Source: an uncultured virus (IMG/VR IMGVR_UViG_3300006417_000262) (taxonomy: Duplodnaviria; Heunggongvirae; Uroviricota; Caudoviricetes). From it: a stretch of DNA of 64,000 bases. Below, piece after piece: positions 54,301-64,000 of this stretch (positions are counted from its first letter, which is position 1; every line of letters begins with the position of its first letter). Under the pieces are notes generated by a model. That model ran no database searches. It was not told the DNA's origin and was given only the letters and a program-made list of their open reading frames with translations. Location: the IMG/VR virus record IMGVR_UViG_3300006417_000262, positions 1-64,000 of that record; one strand, written 5' to 3'. The translations under genes and the position numbers were made by a program.

Positions 54301-57300
54301 CCGTGGATGCCGCAGCGCAGGCAGTGGGGAGGCTCAACGCGGTCGTGACGGATGCCTTGCTCGCGGGCCGCCCGATCTCGGTTCGTTTCGGGCAGGAGAG
54401 CGGCAACGACGAGGCATCCGTTGTCCCTTTGACTCGTACAAAGCTCGGGGTGATGGCCAATGGCACCTTGTCGGTGCCTGATGTGGCGGACCCCCATTTC
54501 ACCACGGGCACACCTACGTTCTCTGTTCTTGTAGGGGCAGTGCCATACACCATCGGCTCCAACTTGGTCGGCGTGTCCGCGTTCACGGAGCCACTCCTCG
54601 GGGATCAGATCGAGTTTGGTGTCCCGGGGTCTGGTATCGAGGGGCAAATCAAGTTCGGAGAGGACACGTTAGCCGAACTGGAAGAGTCCTTCGTCTACTA
54701 CGTGCAGACCTTCACGGATCCTGCAGACCTTGCGGGCGGGGCAGCCGAGGTCGACCCAACAAGTGGGGATCTCAATCTCTCAGCAACGGATATGGCCAAC
54801 CACGGTGGGGAGACCGCGTACTTCGTTGAGCAGATGATCACGGAAGATCGTCAGGACGTGGCCATCTCCCCCATTCAGGGAGCTTTGGCGTTCCGCCGCC
54901 CTCTCCGGGAGTTCCAGCTCGTTGAGGCGAGCTACTACCAGGCCGACGTGTCTGGAAACAAGGTGGTGGACAGTGATGGCAACGCGGTGCTCATCACGGA
55001 GTTCCTCCCGTTGTTCGTGAGGCTGGAGGCGGCTACCGAGAACACGACGCTGGAATACTCGTTCAACCCGACTGGACGCACGGTGCGTGGAGACATTCCC
55101 TCGCAGGTGTGGGTGGCAGACCGGCTCCAGAACTACGGCAATGTGACCACCGTGACGGTGGATGCAGAGGCGAGCGTGATCAGGTTCGCGACGCCGCTCA
55201 CCTCGTCGTCATCGGTTCAAATCAACTATGCGGTCAACGAGACATTTGGCGGGGAGCAGGGGTTCACCGTTTCGACGACGCCCGTGTGGCGTCCCCCGTT
55301 CTTCTTGCTTGAGGGCGCCAACACGTTCGAGCTGGAGTCTGACCGCACTGTCGATTTCCGGTCTGGCAACCTTCTACGTATTGGGCCGTCTCCCTTCTAC
55401 GTGGTGGGGTCGGTGTACGACAACACCTCGGATATCACGACGGTGGTCATCTTCCCGACTCCCGATACGGAAGTCGGGTCGAGGGCTCCGGGCAACGACG
55501 CGCTCACCTTGATCTCGTCGAGGCCGGTGGCTGCAGAAGTGAACGGCAACCCGGCGAGCGGGGCTGCCGGATTCTTGCTCACCTTGGCGGCCACCTACGA
55601 GCCCGTGGATGCGGGCATGCTCTCCATTGTGTTCCGTGGGGATGTGACTCAGTTTACGGTTGCGGGCCATCTCATTGAGATCGGCGGTGTCCCGTTCCTT
55701 AGCGCAGGCACGACGTTGTCGGCTGATGGCCTCACGACGACGGTGAACGTGACGACCCCGTTCAGTCGTGGATTTGACTCGACTGTGGATGCAGTGAAGG
55801 TGTCCGCCCGTCCCATCTACCCCCCGGAGCCGCGCCAGTTCGTAGGGCTCGGCCCGGTTGTTTCGACCGAGCCAACCGAGCTTGTGCTGTTCGGGGAGAT
55901 TGGCAGTGCAGGGACAGCGTTGCCCGGGCGCACCCTCGTCGCAGGGCGGGATTACACGCTTGATGAAGCAACGGGTGACATCACCCTCATTGCCCCCGTG
56001 CAGGCCCCGCTCGGACTTGACGAGAAGTTGTTCTTCTCCTACACGCGGCGCCAGGCGCTATCCCCCATCCTCGAGGACGGGATGATCGTGCTCCCGCGGT
56101 ATCGGGCTGGGTTCGCACACGTCTCCACTCCCACTGTCGAGAACGGATTTCTCGATGCCTATCTCACGGGCACGTACACCTTCTCGAGTCCTGATAGCTT
56201 CTACGTGCGCACGGTGTCGATGCCCGAATGGATGGGGGAGGTTGCCCGAGTCGCAGCGGATCGTGTGGCGTCACGCACACCTCACGGCGGGCCCGTCGTC
56301 GTGTCCGGCCCTGCGTCAAACAACTGGCAGTTCGGCACCGTGCCCGTGGAGTCCCAAGAGCGAGAGCTTCAAGACCAGGACCGTGCAGCCCGGGTGTTCC
56401 TGAGCCTCTACGACTCGTTCATCCAAGCCTTTGAGCAGGTCAACGAGACGATCCTGGGCGATGTGGTGGGTGACCACGACGGCAAGTTCCGATTCTTCGT
56501 CGGCCGCAACAAGGTGTACGGAGGCCCCGGCTACGAGGACCAGATCACGGGAGTGCTACAATCCCGTTTCGTCTGGTCACAGGTATTTGAGGCGGCCAAC
56601 CAGAGCTTCGGGGTGACGGAGGCCGACCCTATCGTAGACCCCGAGACGGCCACGCAAGACCCCACTACGCTCGTGGTGTCCGGGGACGCGATGAACCCGT
56701 GGCTTCTGGACTACTACATTCGGGAGCAGCGAGCCCTCGTCCTCAACGACATGGACGACACCATCCTTGCGGGCAGGGGTAGGGCTCGGCTGTCGTTCCC
56801 CTTCTCGTTCCGAGTGGGCGGCGAGTTCAAGCAAATGTGGGCTCCGAGTGTGATCTCGCGGCTGTATCCAGAGTTCACGCTTGCGTTCACTACGACGTAC
56901 CCCGGCCTCTTGGCAGGCACGTTGCCTGCCAACCCCGGCGTGTACTCCTTCTTGAAGCAGATCGAGCGCCCTCGCCTTCTCAAGGGCGAAGGCCCCGTGT
57001 TCGGGTCGACCTTCGGGATGGATATCGGTGACGTGTCGAACCCGGCCCTGGGCCTGATCACGAACATCACCGGCCAGGTGAAGCCACGGGCGCGACTGGC
57101 AAGGGCGCGCATCTGGGCCTACTCGGCCACTGGATTCCCCGACCTCGGCGGCCCGAGCAAGCCTTCTGTCATCGCCACTCCGCTTCTGCTTCGTGACTTC
57201 CCTGTAGACCCGGAGACGGGGCTGCCCGACATCACCAGGTTTGCGGAGCAGGGCGGGGATCTCCAAGACCTCTCGACGGGCGACTACGAGCTGTCCACGC

Positions 57301-60300
57301 CAGCATGGGAGGCATACAGCGACGCGGACGACATCCGCCCGCAGGTGGCCTTCGGACGTCCGAGCGGGGAGACGTACTCCGTTGGGTTTGCCGGTGGCAC
57401 GCTTCTAGATGCATTCGGCGGGGCGTTCACGTTCGCAAACCCGGTGTTCAAGGGCATCTTCGTGCATGCCCGGTACGCCGGGTGCATCCTCACGTTCACG
57501 GACGGCACGGGTGAAATCTCGGACGCGCAGGACATTGTGCGGATCGCCGAGGACGGGGTGACCACTCTTCCCTTCGAGCCAGCCTACGGGGACACCATCT
57601 ACGTCATCCCGCCAGGCAGCGAGGATGCCAGCGGATTCGCCAACCCGCTCATGGTGGAGGACATGGCGAAGTTCGCAGCGCAGATGCCGTCTCTTGACGT
57701 AGGCGTGCGCGAGCGTCGTTCCTCCTTTGTCGACTGGAGCCTCCCGTCGTACAAGGACCCATCCCCGTTCCCGATCAAGGAGATGGTCGGCCAGCGGACG
57801 GCGGCCCCGCTTCAGCCTATCGAGGCGGACGTGGAGTTCGTGAGCACCCGTCGGGACCCCCTGGAGTTCCAGGCGCTGATGGGGTTGCCCACCAATGACC
57901 ACGGGGACTACGGCATCCCCTACTTGACCACCACGAATACAGAGATCGAGCGTTTGGGTGCGGTGGCTCCTGCGTTCACGACCATCGTGCAGACGGATGG
58001 CCCGTTTGTCTCGCACCTGTGGCTCGCGGTGTACCCCGACGAGATCGTGGGCAGCGACGGCTCTATCCTTGCCGCTGCCGCGGGGGTCACGCCTCCGGCC
58101 ACACTCCTCACGGCCAGGGATCTGACCCCGGTGGCTACGGCGGGGGTCTACACGCCTCACTCGGGTGTTGGCGACGTGCGGCCGTATGACCTCCTCCTCA
58201 TCGAGAAGGGCCAGGCTGACGTGGTGGATGGCATTGAGGGTGTGCTTTCGGTCGGGGCGGCCACTGCGGACACCATTGAGCCGCCGCGCTTTGTGACCGC
58301 AACGGCCCCAGCGACCCGCATCCGCTACCTGTTCACCAACGTGATGACCCACTTCTCCACCACGGGGCTTTCCGGGGTTGATATCCAAGAGAACGGAGGT
58401 GTGACGACCACGCTTGATATCTCCACAGTTGGCGGACTGTTCCTCAACGATGGCTCGGGTGCGGCCACGGGGGGCCTCAACGGCATCGTGAACAATGCCC
58501 TGTTTGCATACGGGGCCAACAACAACCGCATCACCATCGAGATCCTCGACCAGACTTCGGGCCTTGTGCTTGAGACCGTCATCATCGAAGGTGGGAACGT
58601 GACGGGTGGCTTGGGCACTGTGGCAATGGGAGCCATGCCTACGTTCACGGACAAGGTGGTGACCATCACGGCCGTGGGGTTCGTGGACTTCGCTGCGTTG
58701 GGCGGGGTCGCCCCAGGTCCAGTGGGGCCGTTCGATTTCCTGGTGACCGTGGACACGCTCGTCACGATGGTGACCCCGAACACGGGATCCGCGACGGCCT
58801 ACGTGGACACGGATCGGTTGACCTTCGTGGAGGAGATGGATCTCCGCACGGTGCTGCCGCGAGGCGCTGTGTCGGCTGGCGCTGTGTCCGCGCAAGGCGA
58901 ACTGTCCGTGTTCGTCGTCACGGCGTCCGGTACGGACACATGCATCGTGAACCATCCAAACGAGGTGAACGGTGGTGCTCCGTTCACCTTCCTGGCAAGG
59001 GACTCGGGTTCCCCTGATTCCATCGGTTCGTTCGACCCGTCACCTGGCACGGAGCTGGGTTCTGTCAAAGTCATGGGCTTCGAGGGTCACGGCAACACGC
59101 CCCTGCCGAGCACGGGGTCGTTTGTGTTCTCGGCCATCCCGTCATCAGACCAGGGTGCCCTTGCCACGATCCTCTCGGGGACGGGTGCGGTGTACGACAC
59201 AGGCGTGGGTGGCATCAACCCCAACTCCATCCTTGGGGTCACAGCGGCCTTGGGGTCGCTGGCCAACGTGGAGAGCGGGGACGTGGTTGTGGTGGACTCC
59301 TCGTCCGTTGGGGATGCGTCCACCAAGGCCGGGTCGTACCTCGTGCGGCACGCGATCCCTGACTCCACTGCGCTCGGCTACGACGAGGTGTTCGCTACTG
59401 CGTTTGGTGGTGCCTCGACGGGCTGGCTGCAAAGCAACTTCCCAACGGTGGTGTCCGGTGCGGTGGGGTCGCTAATCATCTCCTCCGTGCAGTCTGTCCC
59501 CGCGTCCCCCACGACCCATGACTGGGCCGCTACTGGTCGGGTCTATCTGTTCGTGTCAGCGGGTGACATCACGCAAACCGTGTCGCGCGAGTACACGGCG
59601 ATCGTGGTGAATCCAGATGGGACGGCCACGCTCACTCTGGACATCACGAACACGACGGGGCTCACCGCTACGGGAGTATTCCTCACGGATGCTGCTTTTG
59701 ACGCGCTTGTGGCGTCGGGGCTGCTTGTTTCGGGAATGGTCTACCTCCCTATTGGTCAGTTCCGCTCCACGTACCCGGACAACAACGTGGTTGGATACAA
59801 CCACGGCGTGACGGTGGGGGGGTTCGTCAACGTGACGTATGCCAATGGCGCTGGATCTGTCACGTTCGCCGCGGGTGTGGACTTGGTGCCCACGGCCCCT
59901 GCGGCGGATGACCTCGGGGTGGTTGTGTCGGACAACACCAACACCAACACGTCCGTGGGGTTCTTGGCCGACCGAGCGACGTCCGTGTATCTGGACGTGC
60001 CCCTCTACGTGGACCTTGGCGGCCTCGTAGACCCGACTTCGACCGTGTACGGGACTATCCACCCAACCGCGACCGCGGTGCGGTGTGTGGCCCCTGGGGA
60101 CCTGTTCCAGACCCATGACGGGTTGTCCACGGCGACGACAGGATTCGAGGCACAGGCGGGCGTGTTTCTTGAGCCCTCGTTCCCACGACCAACCCAAGAC
60201 CTTGGCAACGGCGAGGTCAAGGTGGTGGATGCGGGGGACACCGCTGCCGCCACGGACAGGATCGGGATGCGGGATGCGGCCACATTCCTCATTGCGTCTC

Positions 60301-61883
60301 CCGAGCAGGTGTCCTTCCAGGTGCGGCGTATCCGTCGCTTCCATGTCGCGCTTGATGCAGTGGGGGCAGACATGGCCCCACTGCGATTCGCCTACGAGAT
60401 TCGCACGGGCACGGTGGCAAGCTATGCGGGCAGTCTGTTGACGGCTACGGGCACGGGAACGCAGCTTGGTGGGTTCAACAACGCCGACGTGAACGTGAAC
60501 GCCGGCGACGTGGTGCGCATTCTTGATGGGAGTGGGGCCGTGGTGGACCAGGCCGAAGTGGCCGTGGTCCTGAACGCCACGACGCTCATCATGCGATCGC
60601 CTGGATTTGCAGTGGCGCCTCCGGTGGGTGGCGAGACCTTCCAGGTGTTCTTGCGCCAGGCACCCGTCCCTCACGTGCAGTCGAACGAGCAACTACTGGA
60701 ACTCATTACAGATCGGATCGTCCTCACACGGACGGCTGACCCTGTGGCAAACACGGGTGGACGAGCTTCCGTCGTCAACGAGTTCCGAGACAACGGTGTG
60801 GTTGACTTCTCGGCGCTTGATCCGGCCCCGCAGGTCGGGGACATTGTGCTTGTGGATCCCGCGGGCAGCCTGTCTGGACCTACGGGATCGCCATCACCTG
60901 CCGAGTACGGGGCTCGACCCGTGGGGGATCAGTCGGTGTCCACTCGACTGGATGGGTCACACATCGCGGGGGCGCCAAGCGAGTTGGACGACAACCGGGG
61001 CTGGTATCGCATTGTAGATGATCCTGCGGTCACGCAGTCCTACCTCGCCGTGTCCGGGGAGACCGAGTTCACCGGCCCTGATGGGTCTCCTGTCATTTTC
61101 GGGGCTTCGGCGCCTATGAACCAGCAATTCGTAGTGGTGCCAGACATCACGGGGTCTGGACTTACGGGCACGACCGAAGGCCAGATGGACTTCCGGCCCA
61201 CCCATGTGGCCGATGGGGGCAACTCGTACAAAGGCACGTTCCTTAGCGTGGAGCCCATTAGCTACCGGATCATCCGGCCGACAAACCTCGTAAGCACGGA
61301 GACGGTTGACCTGGTGCTCTTCATTCGGGAGCGGATGTTGTCGTTCGTGGAGAAGATGGCCACGGCAATGAGCGAGTCCAAGCAGGGGGACTACTATGTG
61401 TTCCAGCGCGACCAGCATGTGGCCGACCTCGGCTCGGCCACAGATGGGGACGCAGGACTTGGGGTGCCAAGTAATGTCTACATCACCAGCATGGCTGGGC
61501 TCACGCAGTACGCCCCATTCGCCAACACGTCGGATTGCCTGTCCGTGTTGGACCGTAGGTTCTGGTGCTTGGATCTGCGTCTTGACCGGGAGTACCCTCC
61601 GTACTCGGTGGGTGGGGATCCGTACACCTCGTTCGAGGGAGATTACAGCGCGAGCGGCTACACGGTCGGGTCGGGGCGCCCCGTTGAACCCGATCTCGTC
61701 TCGGATGTCTTGGATCGCAGCGACCGACTCCGCGCTCTGCGGTACTCGTGGATCAAGTTCCGCGCGAACCAGGAGAACGGCACGTTGCCTGCCATCGACC
61801 GATTCATCCTTGAGCTTCCTCGGCTTCTCCAAGAGCAGGCTGATTTCTTGCGGCTCCAGCAGTCCATCCAAGATTCGGAGTGA
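51300..61883 (+). CDS. giant 3527-aa baseplate/tail-associated structural protein
   Basis: Uninterrupted ORF starting MGFDTSG at 51300; acidic and beta-rich; within the baseplate operon. Confidence 0.75.
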   Translation: MGFDTSGYVLKSARSAPSNARTTAGADSGVLREHANLPGSYSLPGNLVEVAADQYRAAVLDNPTAATQEYLFWAANSSNLAVLEDASWAISQGAGAIPTGSISFTIGPITYTDGTNRIIVTDNDDRSIASVLGVTVVRGDDPLNPIVLTSASFESQDADAGIVVLDSASMTLLGGGLSLTRGDTITAVSYYLAAQKFWWTRNDSYLQRFGWDGTTQRWAPFKGSPPASLGKLLGDQSYVLVPHPSRFSIGDYLPGDALTPDSYSMVRVGTRPDSNGSSAVVLVVADADAASTYSFPPGVDAVVGVASGVLQWNPLTIDSSAGQGVWYVPETFSEESNGVVGPLLGATDDPLFIAPIPGPTDYPLIRLGSRRYLSAVMADSDAALGALTVNEGQVGWSLATGKLKFNAADVLKADPDDVGFELLYLGCQVVYDGVSLTRAPVGTRAPVQVVDSTGTPTTVDGGKNLFIPSSTPLPSPGTSGVLLVPDGTGITPNTSATPGTRPNGSGLVREVAVDGDLILFGKAGAIETLEVVEFESELPVFLFKLRNGKGMVARELSSTGAGSRVEIGRKDRALLDGEPLYFLQAVVQPAIYATQARLVSRVREPFVLDGAEVLAFSIDGTDYLWAATGLGAGSFDAVTVAASIDAVITGTGTASASNGRIWISAANLSTGTVEIGLGSIVSGAFADRNLSGCAALGFLPGWRVSNPGSTDNWLPDAGLALGVSRSPLNLNRTQDDADFKARGRFRDTVLSRSVTPVHIFPLNNPPLIDVAGYDEGIFFQTIDGLFRRSLEPFVDVLYEFEDGRFSWLEVGSVMKGVAEATASLALDSTGVVGETLHPNVGAGYGLYVDPGSGVLSPLTIGEDYLLDEAPGVVTLIERVGDQVASGSLGSFSAGSTTFTDANATFVTDGVAAGYRLKLIGGDPSVQGSYIIASVTNETTVEIVTDVLFAAAGSVVSWEVYEGQPSSGYDPGLLADVVYKQFNHLPTETFIIRVLSLLGPTPVDAAAQAVGRLNAVVTDALLAGRPISVRFGQESGNDEASVVPLTRTKLGVMANGTLSVPDVADPHFTTGTPTFSVLVGAVPYTIGSNLVGVSAFTEPLLGDQIEFGVPGSGIEGQIKFGEDTLAELEESFVYYVQTFTDPADLAGGAAEVDPTSGDLNLSATDMANHGGETAYFVEQMITEDRQDVAISPIQGALAFRRPLREFQLVEASYYQADVSGNKVVDSDGNAVLITEFLPLFVRLEAATENTTLEYSFNPTGRTVRGDIPSQVWVADRLQNYGNVTTVTVDAEASVIRFATPLTSSSSVQINYAVNETFGGEQGFTVSTTPVWRPPFFLLEGANTFELESDRTVDFRSGNLLRIGPSPFYVVGSVYDNTSDITTVVIFPTPDTEVGSRAPGNDALTLISSRPVAAEVNGNPASGAAGFLLTLAATYEPVDAGMLSIVFRGDVTQFTVAGHLIEIGGVPFLSAGTTLSADGLTTTVNVTTPFSRGFDSTVDAVKVSARPIYPPEPRQFVGLGPVVSTEPTELVLFGEIGSAGTALPGRTLVAGRDYTLDEATGDITLIAPVQAPLGLDEKLFFSYTRRQALSPILEDGMIVLPRYRAGFAHVSTPTVENGFLDAYLTGTYTFSSPDSFYVRTVSMPEWMGEVARVAADRVASRTPHGGPVVVSGPASNNWQFGTVPVESQERELQDQDRAARVFLSLYDSFIQAFEQVNETILGDVVGDHDGKFRFFVGRNKVYGGPGYEDQITGVLQSRFVWSQVFEAANQSFGVTEADPIVDPETATQDPTTLVVSGDAMNPWLLDYYIREQRALVLNDMDDTILAGRGRARLSFPFSFRVGGEFKQMWAPSVISRLYPEFTLAFTTTYPGLLAGTLPANPGVYSFLKQIERPRLLKGEGPVFGSTFGMDIGDVSNPALGLITNITGQVKPRARLARARIWAYSATGFPDLGGPSKPSVIATPLLLRDFPVDPETGLPDITRFAEQGGDLQDLSTGDYELSTPAWEAYSDADDIRPQVAFGRPSGETYSVGFAGGTLLDAFGGAFTFANPVFKGIFVHARYAGCILTFTDGTGEISDAQDIVRIAEDGVTTLPFEPAYGDTIYVIPPGSEDASGFANPLMVEDMAKFAAQMPSLDVGVRERRSSFVDWSLPSYKDPSPFPIKEMVGQRTAAPLQPIEADVEFVSTRRDPLEFQALMGLPTNDHGDYGIPYLTTTNTEIERLGAVAPAFTTIVQTDGPFVSHLWLAVYPDEIVGSDGSILAAAAGVTPPATLLTARDLTPVATAGVYTPHSGVGDVRPYDLLLIEKGQADVVDGIEGVLSVGAATADTIEPPRFVTATAPATRIRYLFTNVMTHFSTTGLSGVDIQENGGVTTTLDISTVGGLFLNDGSGAATGGLNGIVNNALFAYGANNNRITIEILDQTSGLVLETVIIEGGNVTGGLGTVAMGAMPTFTDKVVTITAVGFVDFAALGGVAPGPVGPFDFLVTVDTLVTMVTPNTGSATAYVDTDRLTFVEEMDLRTVLPRGAVSAGAVSAQGELSVFVVTASGTDTCIVNHPNEVNGGAPFTFLARDSGSPDSIGSFDPSPGTELGSVKVMGFEGHGNTPLPSTGSFVFSAIPSSDQGALATILSGTGAVYDTGVGGINPNSILGVTAALGSLANVESGDVVVVDSSSVGDASTKAGSYLVRHAIPDSTALGYDEVFATAFGGASTGWLQSNFPTVVSGAVGSLIISSVQSVPASPTTHDWAATGRVYLFVSAGDITQTVSREYTAIVVNPDGTATLTLDITNTTGLTATGVFLTDAAFDALVASGLLVSGMVYLPIGQFRSTYPDNNVVGYNHGVTVGGFVNVTYANGAGSVTFAAGVDLVPTAPAADDLGVVVSDNTNTNTSVGFLADRATSVYLDVPLYVDLGGLVDPTSTVYGTIHPTATAVRCVAPGDLFQTHDGLSTATTGFEAQAGVFLEPSFPRPTQDLGNGEVKVVDAGDTAAATDRIGMRDAATFLIASPEQVSFQVRRIRRFHVALDAVGADMAPLRFAYEIRTGTVASYAGSLLTATGTGTQLGGFNNADVNVNAGDVVRILDGSGAVVDQAEVAVVLNATTLIMRSPGFAVAPPVGGETFQVFLRQAPVPHVQSNEQLLELITDRIVLTRTADPVANTGGRASVVNEFRDNGVVDFSALDPAPQVGDIVLVDPAGSLSGPTGSPSPAEYGARPVGDQSVSTRLDGSHIAGAPSELDDNRGWYRIVDDPAVTQSYLAVSGETEFTGPDGSPVIFGASAPMNQQFVVVPDITGSGLTGTTEGQMDFRPTHVADGGNSYKGTFLSVEPISYRIIRPTNLVSTETVDLVLFIRERMLSFVEKMATAMSESKQGDYYVFQRDQHVADLGSATDGDAGLGVPSNVYITSMAGLTQYAPFANTSDCLSVLDRRFWCLDLRLDREYPPYSVGGDPYTSFEGDYSASGYTVGSGRPVEPDLVSDVLDRSDRLRALRYSWIKFRANQENGTLPAIDRFILELPRLLQEQADFLRLQQSIQDSE

Positions 61884-61886
61884 GCC

Positions 61887-62117
61887 ATGTCTGACCTTGA
61901 TGACCTCCGAAAGCGACTTGCCGAAGCTGGGATCCCGGTGGACGGGTGGGTTCAAACAGATGGCGGGGAGCGACCGCTTCCTCCATCCATTGTTCGCCAG
62001 AAGGAGCTTTTGACGAAGGTTCGTGACCTACTGCAAGGGCAGGTGGATCAGGATCGAGCCAAACTCGCCGAACTCTATGAGGCGAAGAGTCGCCTCACCC
62101 ATGGCGGGGGGTCGTAG
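61887..62117 (+). CDS. hypothetical coiled-coil protein
   Basis: 76 aa, tightly packed between neighbours. Confidence 0.65.
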   Translation: MSDLDDLRKRLAEAGIPVDGWVQTDGGERPLPPSIVRQKELLTKVRDLLQGQVDQDRAKLAELYEAKSRLTHGGGS

Positions 62118-64000
62118 TGGCAACGGAACAGCAGTGGGAAGTAGCGCAAGTTCAATTGCCCGAGGTGGTGACAGACCTAGCCTCCGCGCTCAACGGGCTC
62201 ATCGGGGCGTTGATCGCGATCCTTGACATTGCGCTGGCGGTGCTCCGGGTCGTGAAGGCGTTCCTCGTGGGGTTCCTAGACCCTATCGCAGCCATCATCG
62301 CGGCCATCATCGCTGAGATTGAGGGTCTGCTAAACGACATTCGACAGATCGGCGTCTACTTTTCAGGGGACTTGGACGTAGAGCCGCCGTTTGACGAACT
62401 CCTGGGTGGCTTCACGGCATATGAGCGGAGGATGGTGGGTCGGCTTACAGATAGGACAGACCCCACCCGCCCTGCGTTCTCGTCTCGCACGGCGTGCGTT
62501 GCTGTGTTCTCCTATGCCTCGTTCGACACGACGTCGATCCAAATGGCGCTCGCCTTCATCAGTCAAATCCGCAAGTTCTTTGGGCTTCGGGGTCGCACCC
62601 GCACGTACACCATCCCGACTGGACTCAACGTCTCATACGGCTCGGCGAGTACGGGGTTGGGGGCGTTTGGCTTGATCGGAGACATCTTCGACAAGGGAGA
62701 AGACCCATCCGTGGCGAGCGTGCGGTGGCAGATGGCCGCCCCAGCAGGTGCCGGTGCGGTGTCGTGGCCCCTGCCATCTCCTGCTGGTTTCCTTGTGGAG
62801 GTGTCCACCGTCCCAGACGGCCTGTACCTGGCCTACCTGACGCCTCCGAAGGACTCGCAGTCCTCCGACGAAGTGGAGATGGGTCTCGTCGCTGGGCCTG
62901 ACGGACGCCCGTTCAAGCTCTATGGCGGGGCATCCATCCTCAAGGAGGACTCGTCTCTTGTGTGGAGATCATCGGGGGACACGTATTTCCCCCCTGCCGG
63001 CGACAGGAAGACACGATTCTTCGCCTACCGCTCCGCTGCGGACAACGTCCCGATCCCGATCTCCGCGCTACAGATGGGCGACAAGGCGGTTCTTCAACGC
63101 ACGTTCTTTGTGGATGTGAAGACTGTGCTTGGCATCAACGTCGCTGCTCCGGGCCAACAGTTCTCCACTCTGCTACGGTACGAGGACATGCCGTATGACG
63201 CGACGTTCGAGGTCAATGCCGACGATTCCGTGACGGTCACACTTTCTGAAGAGCGCGCACGGGATGTGTACGTCCGTGTGTCAGCAGTCACTTCGGCGGT
63301 GGTGGCCAGTAGTCCGCAAGCGTCATCGTTCTACTGGTCGCTGTCAGAAGGGAACGTTCAAGCGGAGTCGTTTACACAGGTGAGGCTCGCGCTGACATCT
63401 GCAGCCAGTTCGGACAAGTCGGATGCGTCGGCCCCGTTGCAGGTCACGTTCCCGAGTGAATTGACCTCGCAGTACCTTGAGTGTGTCGCCACGGCTCTTG
63501 CTGTCCTTGTGCTTAGTCGGTCGGACCTGCTTGCCCAAGGAGATGATGCGAGCTTCGAGTTGGACACGGCGGCGCAGGAGACGGGTCTGGAAGACCTGGC
63601 CCGCTACCTTGTACCGCTCGTGTATGGCCGCATGTCGCCTGGTGAGTTCCTCAAGAAGAACTTTCCCGACGTGTCATCGTTCCGCGGCAAGATCCGCAAG
63701 CGATGCTTGGCGGTGGCGAACATGCTTCTCGCAAGCACGGGCCCGCTACCCTCTGCTGTACTCAACCTGGTGCTCGACAGGGCGCAGGTCACCGTGAAGT
63801 CGGGCGTCGTGAGGGGGTTGGCCGACATCACCTGGAACGATCTTGCCCCGAGCTACGACATTGACGCGACGATCCTAGACGCGATGGACCCGTCGACGGA
63901 TGCAGGGTCGGCTGCATCGACCGGTGTGGCACCCAACCCCCTTTCAATCGGCAAGTTGGACCCCACGTTCCTCGCAAGTCGATTTGGGGTCACGGGTGCG
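62117..64000 (+). CDS. large structural protein, 3' end outside the window
   Basis: GTG at 62117 overlaps the upstream TAG: MATEQQWEVAQVQLPEVV...LIGALIAILDIALAVLRVVKAFLVGFLDPIAAIIAAII...; no in-frame stop noticed before the window end, consistent with its absence from the ORF track. Confidence 0.75.
   Translation, partial: MATEQQWEVAQVQLPEVVTDLASALNGLIGALIAILDIALAVLRVVKAFLVGFLDPIAAIIAAIIAEIEGLLNDIRQIGVYFSGDLDVEPPFDELLGGFTAYERRMVGRLTDRTDPTRPAFSSRTACVAVFSYASFDTTSIQMALAFISQIRKFFGLRGRTRTYTIPTGLNVSYGSASTGLGAFGLIGDIFDKGEDPSVASVRWQMAAPAGAGAVSWPLPSPAGFLVEVSTVPDGLYLAYLTPPKDSQSSDEVEMGLVAGPDGRPFKLYGGASILKEDSSLVWRSSGDTYFPPAGDRKTRFFAYRSAADNVPIPISALQMGDKAVLQRTFFVDVKTVLGINVAAPGQQFSTLLRYEDMPYDATFEVNADDSVTVTLSEERARDVYVRVSAVTSAVVASSPQASSFYWSLSEGNVQAESFTQVRLALTSAASSDKSDASAPLQVTFPSELTSQYLECVATALAVLVLSRSDLLAQGDDASFELDTAAQETGLEDLARYLVPLVYGRMSPGEFLKKNFPDVSSFRGKIRKRCLAVANMLLASTGPLPSAVLNLVLDRAQVTVKSGVVRGLADITWNDLAPSYDIDATILDAMDPSTDAGSAASTGVAPNPLSIGKLDPTFLASRFGVTGA

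Noticed and set aside
34474..64000. Bacterial eCIS, T6SS or tailocin locus
   Set aside because: Homing endonucleases, dense small hypothetical genes, chaperones plus a tape measure, and the absence of bacterial housekeeping genes favour a phage genome. Capsid genes are not in this window, so this is not fully excluded.
1..64000. tRNA, rRNA, CRISPR array or stop-codon reassignment
   Set aside because: None was recognised by eye. Long ORFs are intact under code 11, with TAG, TGA and TAA all used as stops at tight gene junctions.

Overview
This high-GC window looks like part of a large, probably jumbo, contractile-tailed bacteriophage genome. The host may be in the Myxococcota; that is inferred from gene content only. 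The + strand carries a tail morphogenesis backbone: a partial actin-like ATPase, a candidate neck/tail-completion protein, an FmdB-type Zn ribbon, a 1781-aa tail sheath, a probable tail tube, two probable chaperones, a tape measure, two tube-initiator-like paralogues, a baseplate hub with an inserted M23 peptidase, a spike, a 3527-aa giant structural protein and a partial final ORF. Three free-standing homing-type endonucleases flank the sheath and tube genes. About 24 kb of mostly minus-strand accessory genes separate sheath from tube. They include a MORC/GHKL ATPase, RNase H, an HslV/proteasome-like protease, a Ser/Thr kinase, a candidate PD-(D/E)xK toxin-immunity pair, a fused REase-MTase, an HTH, a receiver domain, an ABC-type ATPase, an RRM protein, a SAM MTase and a HAD phosphatase. 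Two unannotated regulatory motifs were read directly from the sequence. GTTCAGG-N15/16-GTAG occurs 13 times, heading small accessory cassettes and often abutting the upstream stop codon. CRNTRR-N6-TAT occurs 6 times ahead of + strand genes, including the tail units and two genes that share an LR-x3-IRLAA...KSA peptide motif. No tRNA, rRNA or CRISPR array was seen. All functional calls come from motif recognition by eye; no database search was run.
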